DNA of 64,000 nt from NCBI GenBank assembly GCA_052426225.1, contig JBNJNM010000007.1, positions 186,001 to 250,000 of the forward strand. The letters run 5' to 3'. Both the position numbers and the translations under genes were made by a program. The notes below the pieces were generated by a model. That model was not told where the DNA came from. It saw only the letters and a list, made by a program, of their open reading frames with translations, and ran no database searches. This DNA comes from Zancudomyces culisetae HAW-14-8 (lineage: Eukaryota; Fungi; Kickxellomycota). Shown one piece after another: positions 33,461-46,024 of the stretch (the stretch's first letter is position 1; every line of letters starts with the position of its first letter).

Positions 33461-35437
33461 TTATTCCCTAAACTTTGAAAATAACAAACTGGCATTAGTT
33501 CCGCCAAACCCAAACGAATTACAAAGCGCATAATTGATTTCAGTATCCACACAAAACGATTGATCCTGTTTTTGCTCTTGGTCTTGTTTCTGTTCTTGTT
33601 TCTGTTCTTGATGGTACCCACGTCTTGGGAATTTGCAAAGCATTTGCACATTTTCATCAAACTCTTCAAGATTCAGTGTACCAGGCACTTTATCATGATG
33701 AACCGATAGTACTGTGAAGATCGATTCTACAGCACCAGCAGCACCCAACAAATGGCCAATCTGTGACTTGTTTGATGATACAAACAAATCCCTATCTCTA
33801 CCCTTACTATTAGTACTATCCGTATCGGAATTGTTGTTGAAAAATATCGTATTGATTGCCTTGTGTTCAATCTCATCCCCCTTCGGTGTAGATGTTGCAT
33901 GCGCGTTTATGTAATCCACACATCCAGGATCTGAGATTCCCGCATCCGCCATCGCGCGCTGCATTACGAGTTTGGCCCCTACGCCATCACGACTTGGTAG
34001 TGTAATGTGTGATGCATCAGATGAAAGACCATACCCCACCAACTCTGCATATATCTGATGGTCCGCATTATCACTACCAATTTCGTTATTAGCTTTCATT
34101 TCTGAGATTCGCTTCTTGTAATGCTCGAGTTCTTCAAGAACCAAAATCCCACACCCTTCACTTATCACAAATCCAGATCGTGCTTTATCAAATGGCCGAG
34201 AAAGCGTCTGCATAATGTTTCCTTGCTGTTGCACCCCTATCTCCTCACCACTTTGCTGAGTTGTGCCTATTGGTGTTGTCGAAGATGTAGATACAGATGA
34301 CGGCGGTACGGTTGCCAATGCCTTCATCCGGTTGAATCCCGCCACAATCACTGGCGTAATAGGCGACTCTGAAGCACCCGCCAACATCACGTCTGCATGC
34401 CCGTGTTTGATCATCATGAAGCTGTCGCCAATTGCATGTACACCTGTCGCACATGCCGTTGATGTTGAGTGGTTGGGTCCAGTATATCCGTGTTTAATAC
34501 TAATGTTGCCTGCTCCCAGATTTATCAGTGCCTTTGGAATAAATTTTGGACTGACTTTTCGATACCCCTTCAAAATGTTACAGCAAATAATTATGATTTT
34601 TTTCACCGTTTTAATATTTTTCTTTTTCTTTTTTTTCTTTTTCGAATATCTTTGTTGGTAAAAGTAAAACTATGCTATGTTACAAATAACCATTACCTTC
34701 TCTCTATATATTTCGTGACTATCAATAATATCAGCTATAGACCCAATTCCACTTCCCACGCTAACACCCTATCCAAAAATATCATTATAAAACACAAAAC
34801 TTGAACATTTGTTTTTATACCCACAGTTTTTTTTTATAAACTCTCCAGCCCATCCATACCCCCCCCCCCCCCTCATACACCATTCTTCCTATATACCCAT
34901 ACTTACCACCCGCTGCTTATCCAGTTTGGTGTATTTATCCAACCCCGAATCCTTGATCGCCTGTTCTGCACAGCTCATTGCAAACTTTGTTACTAGCGAC
35001 ATTCTATCCTTTTCCTACAAAATTGTATCGATAACACAGCGAATATTCTAATTTTAAAATAACTATACGTTTTTGCCTATAAATACCATCAATACAGCGC
35101 CTACACACACAAAAAAAATAACGCCACACTGTGAACTTACAGATTTCTCGATCCATTCATCTTCATCGAATAACCCAACACCACTGCTGCTCTTACTACC
35201 GTCGCTTGCGCCCGTACTTTTATGATTTACTTTTGGAACTAGTCCAGCAGCCACCGTTAGCTCTCCTGCGATACCATTCGGGTTTGGAATTGTCAATTTC
35301 TGGATCCCGCTTTCGCCATTTGTCAGCCGCTGCCAATTTATTTTGACTCCTGTTCCTAGTGGTGTGACAAGTCCCAGGCCGGTCACCACAACCCGACGTG
35401 AGTTGTATTTCGCTAGTGCTATACAAGTTTGTCTCAT
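33461..35437 (-). CDS. CEM1: Mitochondrial 3-oxoacyl-ACP synthase (KAS II type); 4 exons (35437-35141, 35014-34907, 34768-34697, 34567-33461), about 527 aa
   Basis: [31 protein letters not shown] (catalytic Cys), [21 protein letters not shown] and NSFGFGGTN. All introns are phase 0 and GT-AG. Confidence 0.95.
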
Positions 35438-37295
35438 CACAAATGCTTACTATTTTATATTTTTCTTACTTTCCAAACAATTTTTTTTTGGAGGGAACTG
35501 AGAAGTAGAAGTTCGGAAAAAAAATAATATATTATAATAAATTAGTCATGAACTTTTTAGATGCATATTAATCTGATTATTATTATTCATTGCACGGATT
35601 TTGCTTTTTACTGTAACTCCTTTTGATCGATTTGCCAATTTTTGAGGGTTAGATGTGAAAGATGAAAATCAAAAAAAAGACGAAAATACAATCAATGTGC
35701 ATAATGATGCGATTTACACCGGTGTAACTTTCCCCTCTCCTCTTTAAACCATGAATCCAGTGCATGTACACTCATCTTTACGCTAGTAGAAAGGTTTAGC
35801 GGATAAAAAAAGTACACTAATGAGCAAGTATCCAACAACTCTGCGTTTTGGCAAATGTTTTTTTTTAAAAAAATGAAAAAAAATGATGAAATAGAATACG
35901 TTGAGCTAGCAACACCATTACTACCACAACTTTTTCTCACTCTACTCTCTCTTTCCCAATTTTATTTTTAGAGTTTTCTAGCACAGTCTATACTCTAACA
36001 AGGTATAACACCCACCTCCTTTATAAATAGATTAATTGTAACAATAATCTACAAGCTGCTTTCCCATATGCAATGGAAGATGAAAGCAGTATTAAAGCCC
36101 CTCTCTGTCTCTCTTACCACACTCCATCCAGTTCATCACATCAGTTCTCCTCTCCTTCTGGTTTTCGTTTGGTTAAAGCCTTCTCCCCATCCACGTTTTA
36201 CCCCTTTTGAATTTCATTGCTTCATTTCAAAGGCTGCTATTTTCGATCCACTAATTGGATTATTCCTATTTATGCAGCCATAACCTTATTAGTTTTTTAA
36301 CCACAGCTAACCAATAATCCGGTTGGGAATGAAAAATAAAATGAACGAATAATTGCAGGGTGGATATATTTACTCTTATCCTTTCTCTACCTAATCTCGA
36401 ATGAAAGAAATGTAGAACTAGAGCACCAAGTCTGATGATTTCGTTGCCACGTTTTTATAATTTGTGACAGTTTTTCTTTCCCGATATTCCCATACCTACC
36501 GAAAATCCGCCCATTTCGCTACCCTCTTATCCCCATGTTTCGGCTTATTCCTGGCACCTTTGTGCACCCAAATGCGGGTACCTACATTTTAGAAAACGTG
36601 TCTAGTAATGTTTATTGCTAACAGCAAATAAAATAGCACATAAGATCCCATTGTGAACAAAAATAGTTTTTTTTTATGATATATTTTGTCCTGCATGTGT
36701 TTTTATTGCTTGAGACACAACTTTATCTAAACCTTGATACCCAAACCCCTTGTACACCTGTTCCTTGCCTACCAAAAAAAAGATGAATAGTAACAAATCA
36801 AAAATGGGTAAAACGAAAAGTGGTGGTAAATCTGGCTAAGGTTGAGAACATTAACTACAAGAATACAGCAAAACAACTAACTAATAAATATTCCCTCCCC
36901 CTTCTCGAAAAAAAACTGAGCCAACATTATTATTAGAGTGGATCAAGATAGGCTCAGCTATCCCGCTGTTTCTTACTTTTATTTATCTATACTTTGAGTA
37001 AATCCAGTTTTGATTTGTCTTTCAGCGCTTTTTCAGAAAATACTGCAACACAGACTGAGTTAAAACAAACAAGTCCAAGGGTTTTTTCTTATTATAAATA
37101 CGTTATACCTTTCTTTTGGTCAAATACATTATACCTTCATTTATCCTTATCCTCTACACTATTTTCTATATTAACAAAGGTAGACTATTTTTTATATATT
37201 TTATCAGAACAGTACAGCAACAAAAATACCAAAACAGACAACATCAATTCTTTTTTTACTCTGTATCCAGGTTTGTAAAGCAGCAATAGAAAAAA

Positions 37296-39350
37296 ATGGG
37301 GTGCCTCAAGTCACTAGTATACATATTACTTATCTCGTCCACCACGAGTGGATTCGGAATCAAGTGTCGTAGCAACATGGAGCAATATCTCGGTAACCAG
37401 TTTGAAATAAAGCAAAGCCATAGTGAAGCCACTGATGGGTATTTTGATGAAATGGACAAGGATTACACCTTAGGCTGGAGAAACCCGGGCCCAGTTCCCA
37501 AGAATCTAAAAGTGGCAATATTCGGAGATATAGGTATGAAAAAGCGTTCGTACAAAGTCTTGAATATGGTTCAAGAATGGGGTGCCCAAGGTGTGATAAT
37601 CACTGGCGATCTGGACTATAAAAATCGGCCCAAAAGGTTTATGAAAATGATTGAGGAAACACTTAATGACGATGTACCTGTGTTTGCTGCTATTGGAAAC
37701 CATGACATTATAAGCTGGAATGCTAAGAATGGATACCAAGCCCTGTTTGTAAAAAGACTAAAAGCCCAAAAACTACACAAACTCTGTGTTGGTGAATATG
37801 GGATAAACATGATTTGTGGATGGAATGGGCTAAGCATTGTCACATCAGGAGTTGGGACAATGGGAAGTGGATTTGTTGATTTTATCGAAGATACGTTTTC
37901 ACTTAGCCGCTCCAATTGGAAACTATGTTCTTGGCACAAATGTCAACGAAACTACCAAATAGGAGATAAATCAAACGAAACAGGCTATACTATCTATGAT
38001 ATTTGTAGAAGATATGGTGGAATAGTATTGACAAGCCACACCCATACATACAGTAGAACCAAACTTGTTGACCACTACAAAAAAATGAAGTATTCAAACG
38101 ACACTGAAAATATGACCTTACACGTTGGTAAGAGCTTTAACATTGTTTCAGGTTTAGGTGGTCATTCAATTGACAGTTCGAACAAAAGGTTGAAAAGTAA
38201 TCCATGGTGGGCTTCTGGGGTTTCTAAAGAAGATGGGAAAGTGGCTGGTGCCACACTTTGTACTTTTCATGTAGATAACGACCCAAAAAAAGCTAGATGT
38301 GTCTTTAAAGATATAGATGGAAAAATATGGGATGAATGGGAGTTTTATAGCGAAATTATTAATGAAAAACGACCACCACGCCTTATCCGGAACAAAAAGG
38401 CATCCAAAGATACCATGTTTTCAGGGTTGGATAAGAGTAAAAATAGGCAAACCAAAATGAATGGTAACAATGATTTAGATGATTTAGATGGCGTATCGGA
38501 CACCGAGATAGAACTGGTTCTTGACGAGAAAAAGAGCAGCGATGAAGTATACTCCGAACCTAAATTCCAAAGCGACATTAAAGATAACAACAACTCACAA
38601 CCTTTTGGAAAACAGAGCCAATTCTATGAATTCGATGAAGACGGCTATGGTGAGTTTCCTATAAATAGAGATTCGGATATTGCAATAGGGACACTTGAAT
38701 CTGGGTTTCTTTCAGATTGCAAAGTTAGCGACTTTATATTGGTAGGAACACAGGGAGGTGAAGTCTTACATGAGACCCTGATTGCTGCACTTCAGTTTAC
38801 GAATCTCAACCTAGAAAGGAGTGAAACCATAAGCGCTGCAAATGTACAAATGTTGGTTAACCGAAAAAACATGGTAGAAACAGAAACTAAAGAGGATTTG
38901 AGTGAAAAGATCAATCCCTCATTTTCAGAAAGACTTTTCATGTGGTTCTCCAAGAAACTAGGGGTGGTTGAAAGATATCAAACGGAAGAAGATGCGGATA
39001 AAAGTCAAAGCAACACAATCTTGGAATTGAGGGTTGTTCATAACAAGAACAGTGTCAAGCTGTGTCAAAAAAACGATGTCAACTTTAAAGCCTTGCTAAA
39101 AGTAGAACCAGTGACTTGGGAAATCCCAACCGATTTTCATGATGCCCTCTTGATTTCCCCAGATATATCAAAGCAAATAAACTACATAACATCATCAAAG
39201 GGATGGAGGCGAGGAGACACTATTGATATCTTTATTACCCCACAGATAACCATTTATGAGACAGACAATAAAGACAAGAACTTCATTTCTGTCTTTGGTC
39301 ATGGTATTTCTGATGGTTGCTGGGCACCTACTCTAGCAATCAACAAATAA
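37296..39350 (+). CDS. Secreted calcineurin-like metallophosphoesterase with a C-terminal beta-rich module
   Basis: Signal-peptide-like N-terminus and the MPP motifs FGDIG, GDLDY, GNHD, WH and SHTH. Intronless, 684 aa. Confidence 0.88.
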   Translation: MGCLKSLVYILLISSTTSGFGIKCRSNMEQYLGNQFEIKQSHSEATDGYFDEMDKDYTLGWRNPGPVPKNLKVAIFGDIGMKKRSYKVLNMVQEWGAQGVIITGDLDYKNRPKRFMKMIEETLNDDVPVFAAIGNHDIISWNAKNGYQALFVKRLKAQKLHKLCVGEYGINMICGWNGLSIVTSGVGTMGSGFVDFIEDTFSLSRSNWKLCSWHKCQRNYQIGDKSNETGYTIYDICRRYGGIVLTSHTHTYSRTKLVDHYKKMKYSNDTENMTLHVGKSFNIVSGLGGHSIDSSNKRLKSNPWWASGVSKEDGKVAGATLCTFHVDNDPKKARCVFKDIDGKIWDEWEFYSEIINEKRPPRLIRNKKASKDTMFSGLDKSKNRQTKMNGNNDLDDLDGVSDTEIELVLDEKKSSDEVYSEPKFQSDIKDNNNSQPFGKQSQFYEFDEDGYGEFPINRDSDIAIGTLESGFLSDCKVSDFILVGTQGGEVLHETLIAALQFTNLNLERSETISAANVQMLVNRKNMVETETKEDLSEKINPSFSERLFMWFSKKLGVVERYQTEEDADKSQSNTILELRVVHNKNSVKLCQKNDVNFKALLKVEPVTWEIPTDFHDALLISPDISKQINYITSSKGWRRGDTIDIFITPQITIYETDNKDKNFISVFGHGISDGCWAPTLAINK

Positions 39351-42061
39351 AAAAGGAAATCACAACAAGAGTGATGCGAAGCCTTTTGAAACGGGGTGCG
39401 ACGTAGCATTTTTTATAGATTTAATAAGGTCTTGGGCTTACAAGAACTTGTAGAAATTTTATCACTCTATTTATTTACTAACCACCGAGTAGAATATAAA
39501 ATTACAAAATAAACATATATAACAAACAAAAATATTTAGAAGAGAAACAAATAAAACAGATAAAATGTCTAGTTATAGTTTGGCAGTTACCTATATGAAT
39601 TAAAACGCATTTCGGTTAGGTTTTATCATTACAAATGACAACTTTTAAAAGAAAAAAATAAAAATCAGTAAAATTATTAGAAATAAATTCTTCACGAATG
39701 GATGTAGAGTTATACAAACTCAACAAACAAACTCAGAATTAGCATGATATAAACCATCATTTTATAGCAATGTCCCAAATACGGCAACTATTATTAGAGC
39801 TAAAGTAAGAGTACGAACCTTTTACCCACAGCATCAATCAATAGTTGCATGTATGTATCCATATATCACTACACGGACCAGGTAAATGTTATACTACATG
39901 ATACCTTGGCTGAAGAATCAAAGGATAGAACACATCAGGATCCATACGTTCTTTTCTATTTAGGTTTTTTGAAAAATATCATGGTTAATCTCACTGTTTA
40001 ACAAATAGCAAAATAATTGATAACCGTCAATGTCCAGAAATATAAAGCATAAATTCAGAGCATTAGTTTGGGTAAAATAAAACTGCTTGTTGTCGGCATG
40101 TAGCAACACAAACTTGCTAATCCGACTGGGGCGACAGTATATTCATCATAAAGTATCGGTTTGCTTTTATTTCTATAATCATTATTTCATAATACTTTTG
40201 ATTTCTTACCTTTGAATAGAGCTAAAGACTCCTGTTTATACACCACTTGGTACTTTCTTATAATACAGTTAATTAAACACAAGAATGAGATTGAGACAAA
40301 AAAATTTATTATTTATCCTTTTTTTTGAGAATAATTTGGAGAAAAATATTTCATCAGCTCCAGCAGAAATCATTGAAAAAAATTTTCAATTCCGAACCCC
40401 TCCCCCTAAATTAGCCATTGGCTAAAACAAGAGTATTCGTTGGAAAAAAAAACAAATTGAAATAAACCCAATCAACTGGGTTGTGGTTTGGATAGTCACA
40501 AATGAAGCCAATACCAGAAGGAACAGGTGAAGCAATTAAATATGCATCCAGTAAGCAAACAAACTGGAATATCAAAGCAATATTATTGCTGATATATTGA
40601 AGATGCAAGCTGTAATCACTGAGTGTTCATATGCCCAGAGCCTCGATCATATCATATCATAAGGAGGGTATTTATTATTTTTGGTTTATCTTAATCAGTA
40701 GATGTAAATTAATACAGTGTGTATAAACAGTAGTGAAAAGTATAAAAACTTCGCCACTTAGAACTGTATTTCTACGGAGGAGTTTACATATGAATTATAT
40801 TTACATTATAGTAATAATGTCTAACTTTCAACCTCATCTAGATGGAACGGTTAATTATGTAAACGCAATATACTGTGGCTACCCAAAAGTGTGGATAAAA
40901 AACCAGCAACAAGCGAGTGCCACTCGGTTTATTTGGATGGCGATTGATAGATATTTTTCAAGCTGTGTTGGCGCAACTTAACGAGCGGAGCAGCCGATCC
41001 CCACCATTTCCCTTTTTTAGTATTCAAAAATGAAACAATGCACTGACCTTAACCTTTTCCACCGCAACAGGTAGATGTGTTTCATGTTGTTTGATGGCCT
41101 TTTTAATTTTGATCAAAAACAGATTGGCGGATTTTTATGTATTTTCAGGGTGGAACAAAACGGATCGGAATGAATGTTAGTTTAATCTGCTTTGCAATGT
41201 GGTGGAACACGCTAATAAATTTAAAAAATTATTATCCCCGATATTGATGCTGTGGATTGGTGGAAGAATGTATAAGCCAGGATGGTGTTACCAGAAAAAA
41301 AAAAGACAAATCCAGGTATTTTTATCATCTGTCTCTTATTAACGCAATTAATGAGTAAAAAAAAGTATATCTTTACCAGCAAAAATATGCAATAAGATTA
41401 ATTGCTTAAAGCATTATGAAAAGTTCTATTTTTGAGCGTTCATAAGGAGGAAAACAATAATTGTAATAATTGGATGTTGGTTAAAGGGAGCAAAATCTAA
41501 TTCGAGTCGGGTTGATTATTAACAACCGATCTGTTGCTTGTATGGAGAGATGAACAATGAAGGAAGGAAGGAAGGAGGAGGAGGAAGAGGAGGCTTAAGT
41601 TTTTGAAATGACTAATTTGGCTTTTTGCTTGAGAAAAAAAACAGCCTTCTATTGATTAATAATCAACGTGTTTGGTATTATGTTATGATTTCGGAATTTG
41701 CCGAAAGTAAAAGTAGAGGAGGGATGGAAGTGTAAAACGATCCCAAAAATAGAGCATTACCTAAAATTACAGAAGCCGAATAATAAAAAAAAATTTTTTC
41801 TACATGCTGTGAGAATGTTTAATGGCTATGCGAAAAAAAGGCATTTATGGATGTTTGGTAGCACGTAACAGGCAGAATACCTGCTTTTACGCCGAGGAAC
41901 CTCCTCTTGTTAGTGCTTTTATTGCATCATTAATAAATAAATAGACCAAATTTGCTTATTATTTGCTAACTGGAACAAATAAATAGTGATGTGTTCGCAA
42001 CAAACTTGCAAAATAAATTTTCGGCTATTTCTTTTCAGTTCAAGAAAATATACACTATAAA

Positions 42062-43243
42062 ATGGCTAGCTTAACCGTAAAGGGAACAAGAGATCTCCTG
42101 AGGGCGGTATCATACAGAGGTGTGTATACTAATGGAGTGTTTTCTTTTCCACAAACACAGCAGCTTCGTGGAAATACAGCACGCCGCAGCGAGAAGAGGT
42201 ACTTTTCCAATAGCAGAACAGTCAATTCGGCTGATTTAGATATAACAAACAATGAAAAGCCAAAAGTTCTGGTGACAGGCTGTTTGGGACAGCTCGGCAT
42301 GGCTCTTATTAAAAAAATGAGAGAGAAATATGGTGTAGAGAATGTAATAGGTTCAGATATCAAGGTTCCCACGGATGAGGTTTTAAGCGATGGACCATTT
42401 GTTCCATTGAATGTGCTGGACAAGGAGGCAATTGAAAATGAAATAGTAAGAAACAAGGTAGATGTTGTTGTACATTTATCTGCAATATTGTCAGCTTTGG
42501 GAGAAAAGAAGCCAGATATTGCACTGCGTGTAAACGTCAGTGGATTTCAAAACGTTCTAGAGTTGGCAAGAAAATACAATCTGAAGCTCTTTTGCCCAAG
42601 CACAATGGGTGCATTTGGTCCAAGCACACCAAGAGTCAACACACCAGATCTTACCGTGATGAGACCAACAACAATATACGGAATAACAAAGGTGCATATG
42701 GAACTCATGGGGGAATACTACAATGAGAAGTATGGACTTGATTTTAGAAGTTTAAGGTATCCAGGAATAATTAGTGCTGATTCGGCACCGGGAGGAGGAA
42801 CAACTGACTACGCAGTAGATATATTTCATTCTGCTCTAAAGTCAAATTCCTTTGTCTCTTTCTTAAACAAGGACACATCCCTTCCAATGATGTATTTGGA
42901 CGATTGTATTGATGGAACAATGCAGTTTATCGAAGCACCAAACAAAAGTCTAAAACAAAGGGTTTACAATATACATGCACTAACATTTAGTCCGCAGGAG
43001 TTGGCTGAAGGAATCCAAGAGCAGTGGTCCAAAGATTTCAAAATCCATTACAATCCAGATTATAGACAGGCAATTGCCGACACATGGCCGATTAGCTTGG
43101 ATGACTCAATTGCACGAAGGGATTGGAAATTTGACCCAAAGATAAACACTGTAGCCTCCCTCGTAAAGATAATGTTTGAAAAGCTTCAAGCACAGCGAAT
43201 TGCTTCCCTCGATGAACCTCACCGAGTTTATGGAAGTCAATAG
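42062..43243 (+). CDS. TDH: Mitochondrial L-threonine 3-dehydrogenase (SDR/epimerase-like)
   Basis: VLVTGCLGQLG NAD-binding motif, HLSAILSALGE, PSTMGAFGP, RPTTIYGITK (YxxxK), PGGGTTDYAV, LPMMY and RQAIADTWP. Arg-rich targeting presequence. Confidence 0.93.
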   Translation: MASLTVKGTRDLLRAVSYRGVYTNGVFSFPQTQQLRGNTARRSEKRYFSNSRTVNSADLDITNNEKPKVLVTGCLGQLGMALIKKMREKYGVENVIGSDIKVPTDEVLSDGPFVPLNVLDKEAIENEIVRNKVDVVVHLSAILSALGEKKPDIALRVNVSGFQNVLELARKYNLKLFCPSTMGAFGPSTPRVNTPDLTVMRPTTIYGITKVHMELMGEYYNEKYGLDFRSLRYPGIISADSAPGGGTTDYAVDIFHSALKSNSFVSFLNKDTSLPMMYLDDCIDGTMQFIEAPNKSLKQRVYNIHALTFSPQELAEGIQEQWSKDFKIHYNPDYRQAIADTWPISLDDSIARRDWKFDPKINTVASLVKIMFEKLQAQRIASLDEPHRVYGSQ

Positions 43244-46024
43244 TGTTGGAGTATTTGCCTGTTTTTTTTTTACTTTTACTTTTACTTTTGCCTTTGCCTT
43301 TGCCTTATTTTTTTCATAGCATTATTTTTTTACCATACAACAAAAACATGTACATAAGTAAAACGACTTGTTCAACTTTTGCCATAACAGTATAAACTAA
43401 TGGTATGTTCAACCACTAGATGACGTATAAGCGTGAAAAGTTGAATGGTGGAGGTGGTAATTTCCTACATGATATTTTTAGTAGCTGACACGCCAATTGC
43501 TTTAGTGAGTTGGTTTACCTTTTGTTGCATTTCTACATTTGGGGATATACGAGTTCCAAGGCCTAATCAGTCATTTAATATTTTTGTGAAAGTAATGGGC
43601 CTTTTTTGTTTTTTTTTTTTAGCCAAATCTAACATACAGTTATTAATAACGCCGATATGTTATTTGCCAAAAAATGATACATTCCAGCCAATAATGATTT
43701 ATATTAATTCTACTCGAAATTAAAACACGAAATTCGAATAACCAAGAAACCAGTAATATCTTTAGTTGAGAATGCAATAAATTACCCATGAAAAAAAAAA
43801 GATAAAAAGTGAAACGACATAAAAATCTGAGTACTGGAAAAAATTTTGGTAAAGGAAACCTATTTCTGTAAATGAATATTGCACGGCTTTCGGGTCTGTT
43901 TTATTTACTTTACTTTTTTTTTTATAGAAATAAATAGAATTCACAAATAATAGGAGTATTCAAGAAGGCTAGATTCAAGGAATTCACAACAGATAGATGG
44001 ATAGAATAAAAGGCTGAAATAAAGGTAGGTAGGTCCAACTAGACTAAGGATACGGTGTGGTCGAGGATTATTTTAGGCAAGATTTGGTTTATTAATCCCA
44101 TAAATCCCAACAAACATTTTTAAGAGATTTGAAAAAAAAGAGAGAAAAAAGGAGATAGAGCATTTATTGCAATTTGTACCTTGTATACCTAAAACTACAT
44201 GTGCCATACCATTCGTGCTCATCAGAGGCTTGTTATTTTTTTTATTAACTAAAGCAAAAGATGAAGCTAGCCAATGCAGATTCATAAAAGAAACAACTCT
44301 CTAGGCAGAAACCAACCGAATACCCCTCCCACCCTGAAACGAAATTGTACATATATGCCATCACCTCCTTCCCCTTCAGATCTGTGCCACGACTATCAGG
44401 ATTTTATTTTTGTTTGTAGAGCCGGGGATACCTTTGCCTTTTCTCTCTCCCTTCTATCTATTATCTATCTATTTTTTTTTGATAAGCCGAGTCAGAAGGG
44501 CATCACTCACAGGCTATTTCAGGACGACTAATTTTTGATCAGAAGGAAAAGTCACTTACTTTGGGTATCTTTAAAGCATTTCGGCGAAATTCTTCTGAAG
44601 GATTCAAGAAGAATATTGGAGGAAACTTGATGGGTCGTTTGCTCGCTAAATAGTATACTCGGAGGTTAGCTTCACATGTCCATGAATGCTGTGTTTGTGG
44701 ATGAAAATACGGCACTGTGCTCAGGAACAATAAATGTATGATGATAATATTGAAACCGCAAAGTTTGTAAACGGAAAACTCGGCAAGGACCTTAGGGGAA
44801 ACCGAAGAGTAAAAATGTGGAACTGGTGTACTCTTATTTGTTCAACTATGGACTTTCTGATATAGAGAGGAGAAAATATATCTTTTTCTCTCGGCTAGGT
44901 TTAGATTAGCAAAGCTTTACAATATTGATTATATTTTTTTCATGGGAGCAAGAGACTAGATTCTTTTTTGTTGGCAGTGATATAGTAGTATAGTATAAAG
45001 TTTTTTTTTTGGAGCGGAATGGAGCCTGAATATGGATGGAAAAGAGTCTTGGTTGAGAAGGAAGAGAGAGGGAGGTCATTCGGTCAATGCTAGAGAATTG
45101 GATACTAGATATTTTTATTTGGTATTTTGGTCAATATTAAATAGTTCATGTTACTTAGTGTATTATATGTTTTATTTTTTGAATTTGTAGAGAAAATGAG
45201 TTTAGGATCGACTTTTTTTTTTTTGTAAAAAAGAGAGGTGTTGTGTGTAATATAAATGTATTATAGGTTAACGTAGCAGGTGAGAGGGTATGGTGTAGGG
45301 GATGGTAAGGGGTTTGTAAGATGTGGGGGAGGAAAGGTTTGAATAGTATTGGCAATACTTGTTTTTTTTAGGTATTGAGTTGGCTAGTGGGTATAAGATT
45401 TAGGCGGATGATATGTAGGTTTTGTATATGAGGGGATTTGGACTGAGGTGGGTGTTGATTTTGGGATTTGCGTGAGCGTAATTTATCATTTTACTTTATT
45501 GTATAAAATATTTCGTAGTTGGTAATAAAATATATGCAAATATAATAAAATATAAAGCAATTGATTTATTTTGATATGATTTATGGGCGTTGATGTATTA
45601 AAAGTGTAATATATATAAGAAAATTCGGAGTAGAAGTGAGATATAGTCGAGTATAAGTTGGGATTTTTGGCAATTAAAATTTGAATTTACGGGGGTGAAT
45701 GGTGAAAGAGATAAAGAGGGATGAAGGTATTAACAAGGAGAAAATTGACAATGAAAAAATAGATTAAACGGCAAACAGGGATAAAGAAACGGGAAACACA
45801 GTTGAGGGAGGTGAAAAGATAAAGGGAAGATATTCTCATAAGGATTATTGATCAGGATTGAAAATACAGCTTTGAAAGTTTAGTAAAGGAATTATCAAGA
45901 GCAAGAAAAGTGACAAAAAAAAAGAGTATAAATACAAGGAAAAGACGAAGGAGTTCTAAAAGAGAAAAACAGTAGTAAAAAAAAGTAAAAAAAAGACAAG
46001 ACAAGCGAAAGTTTTATATACTCA

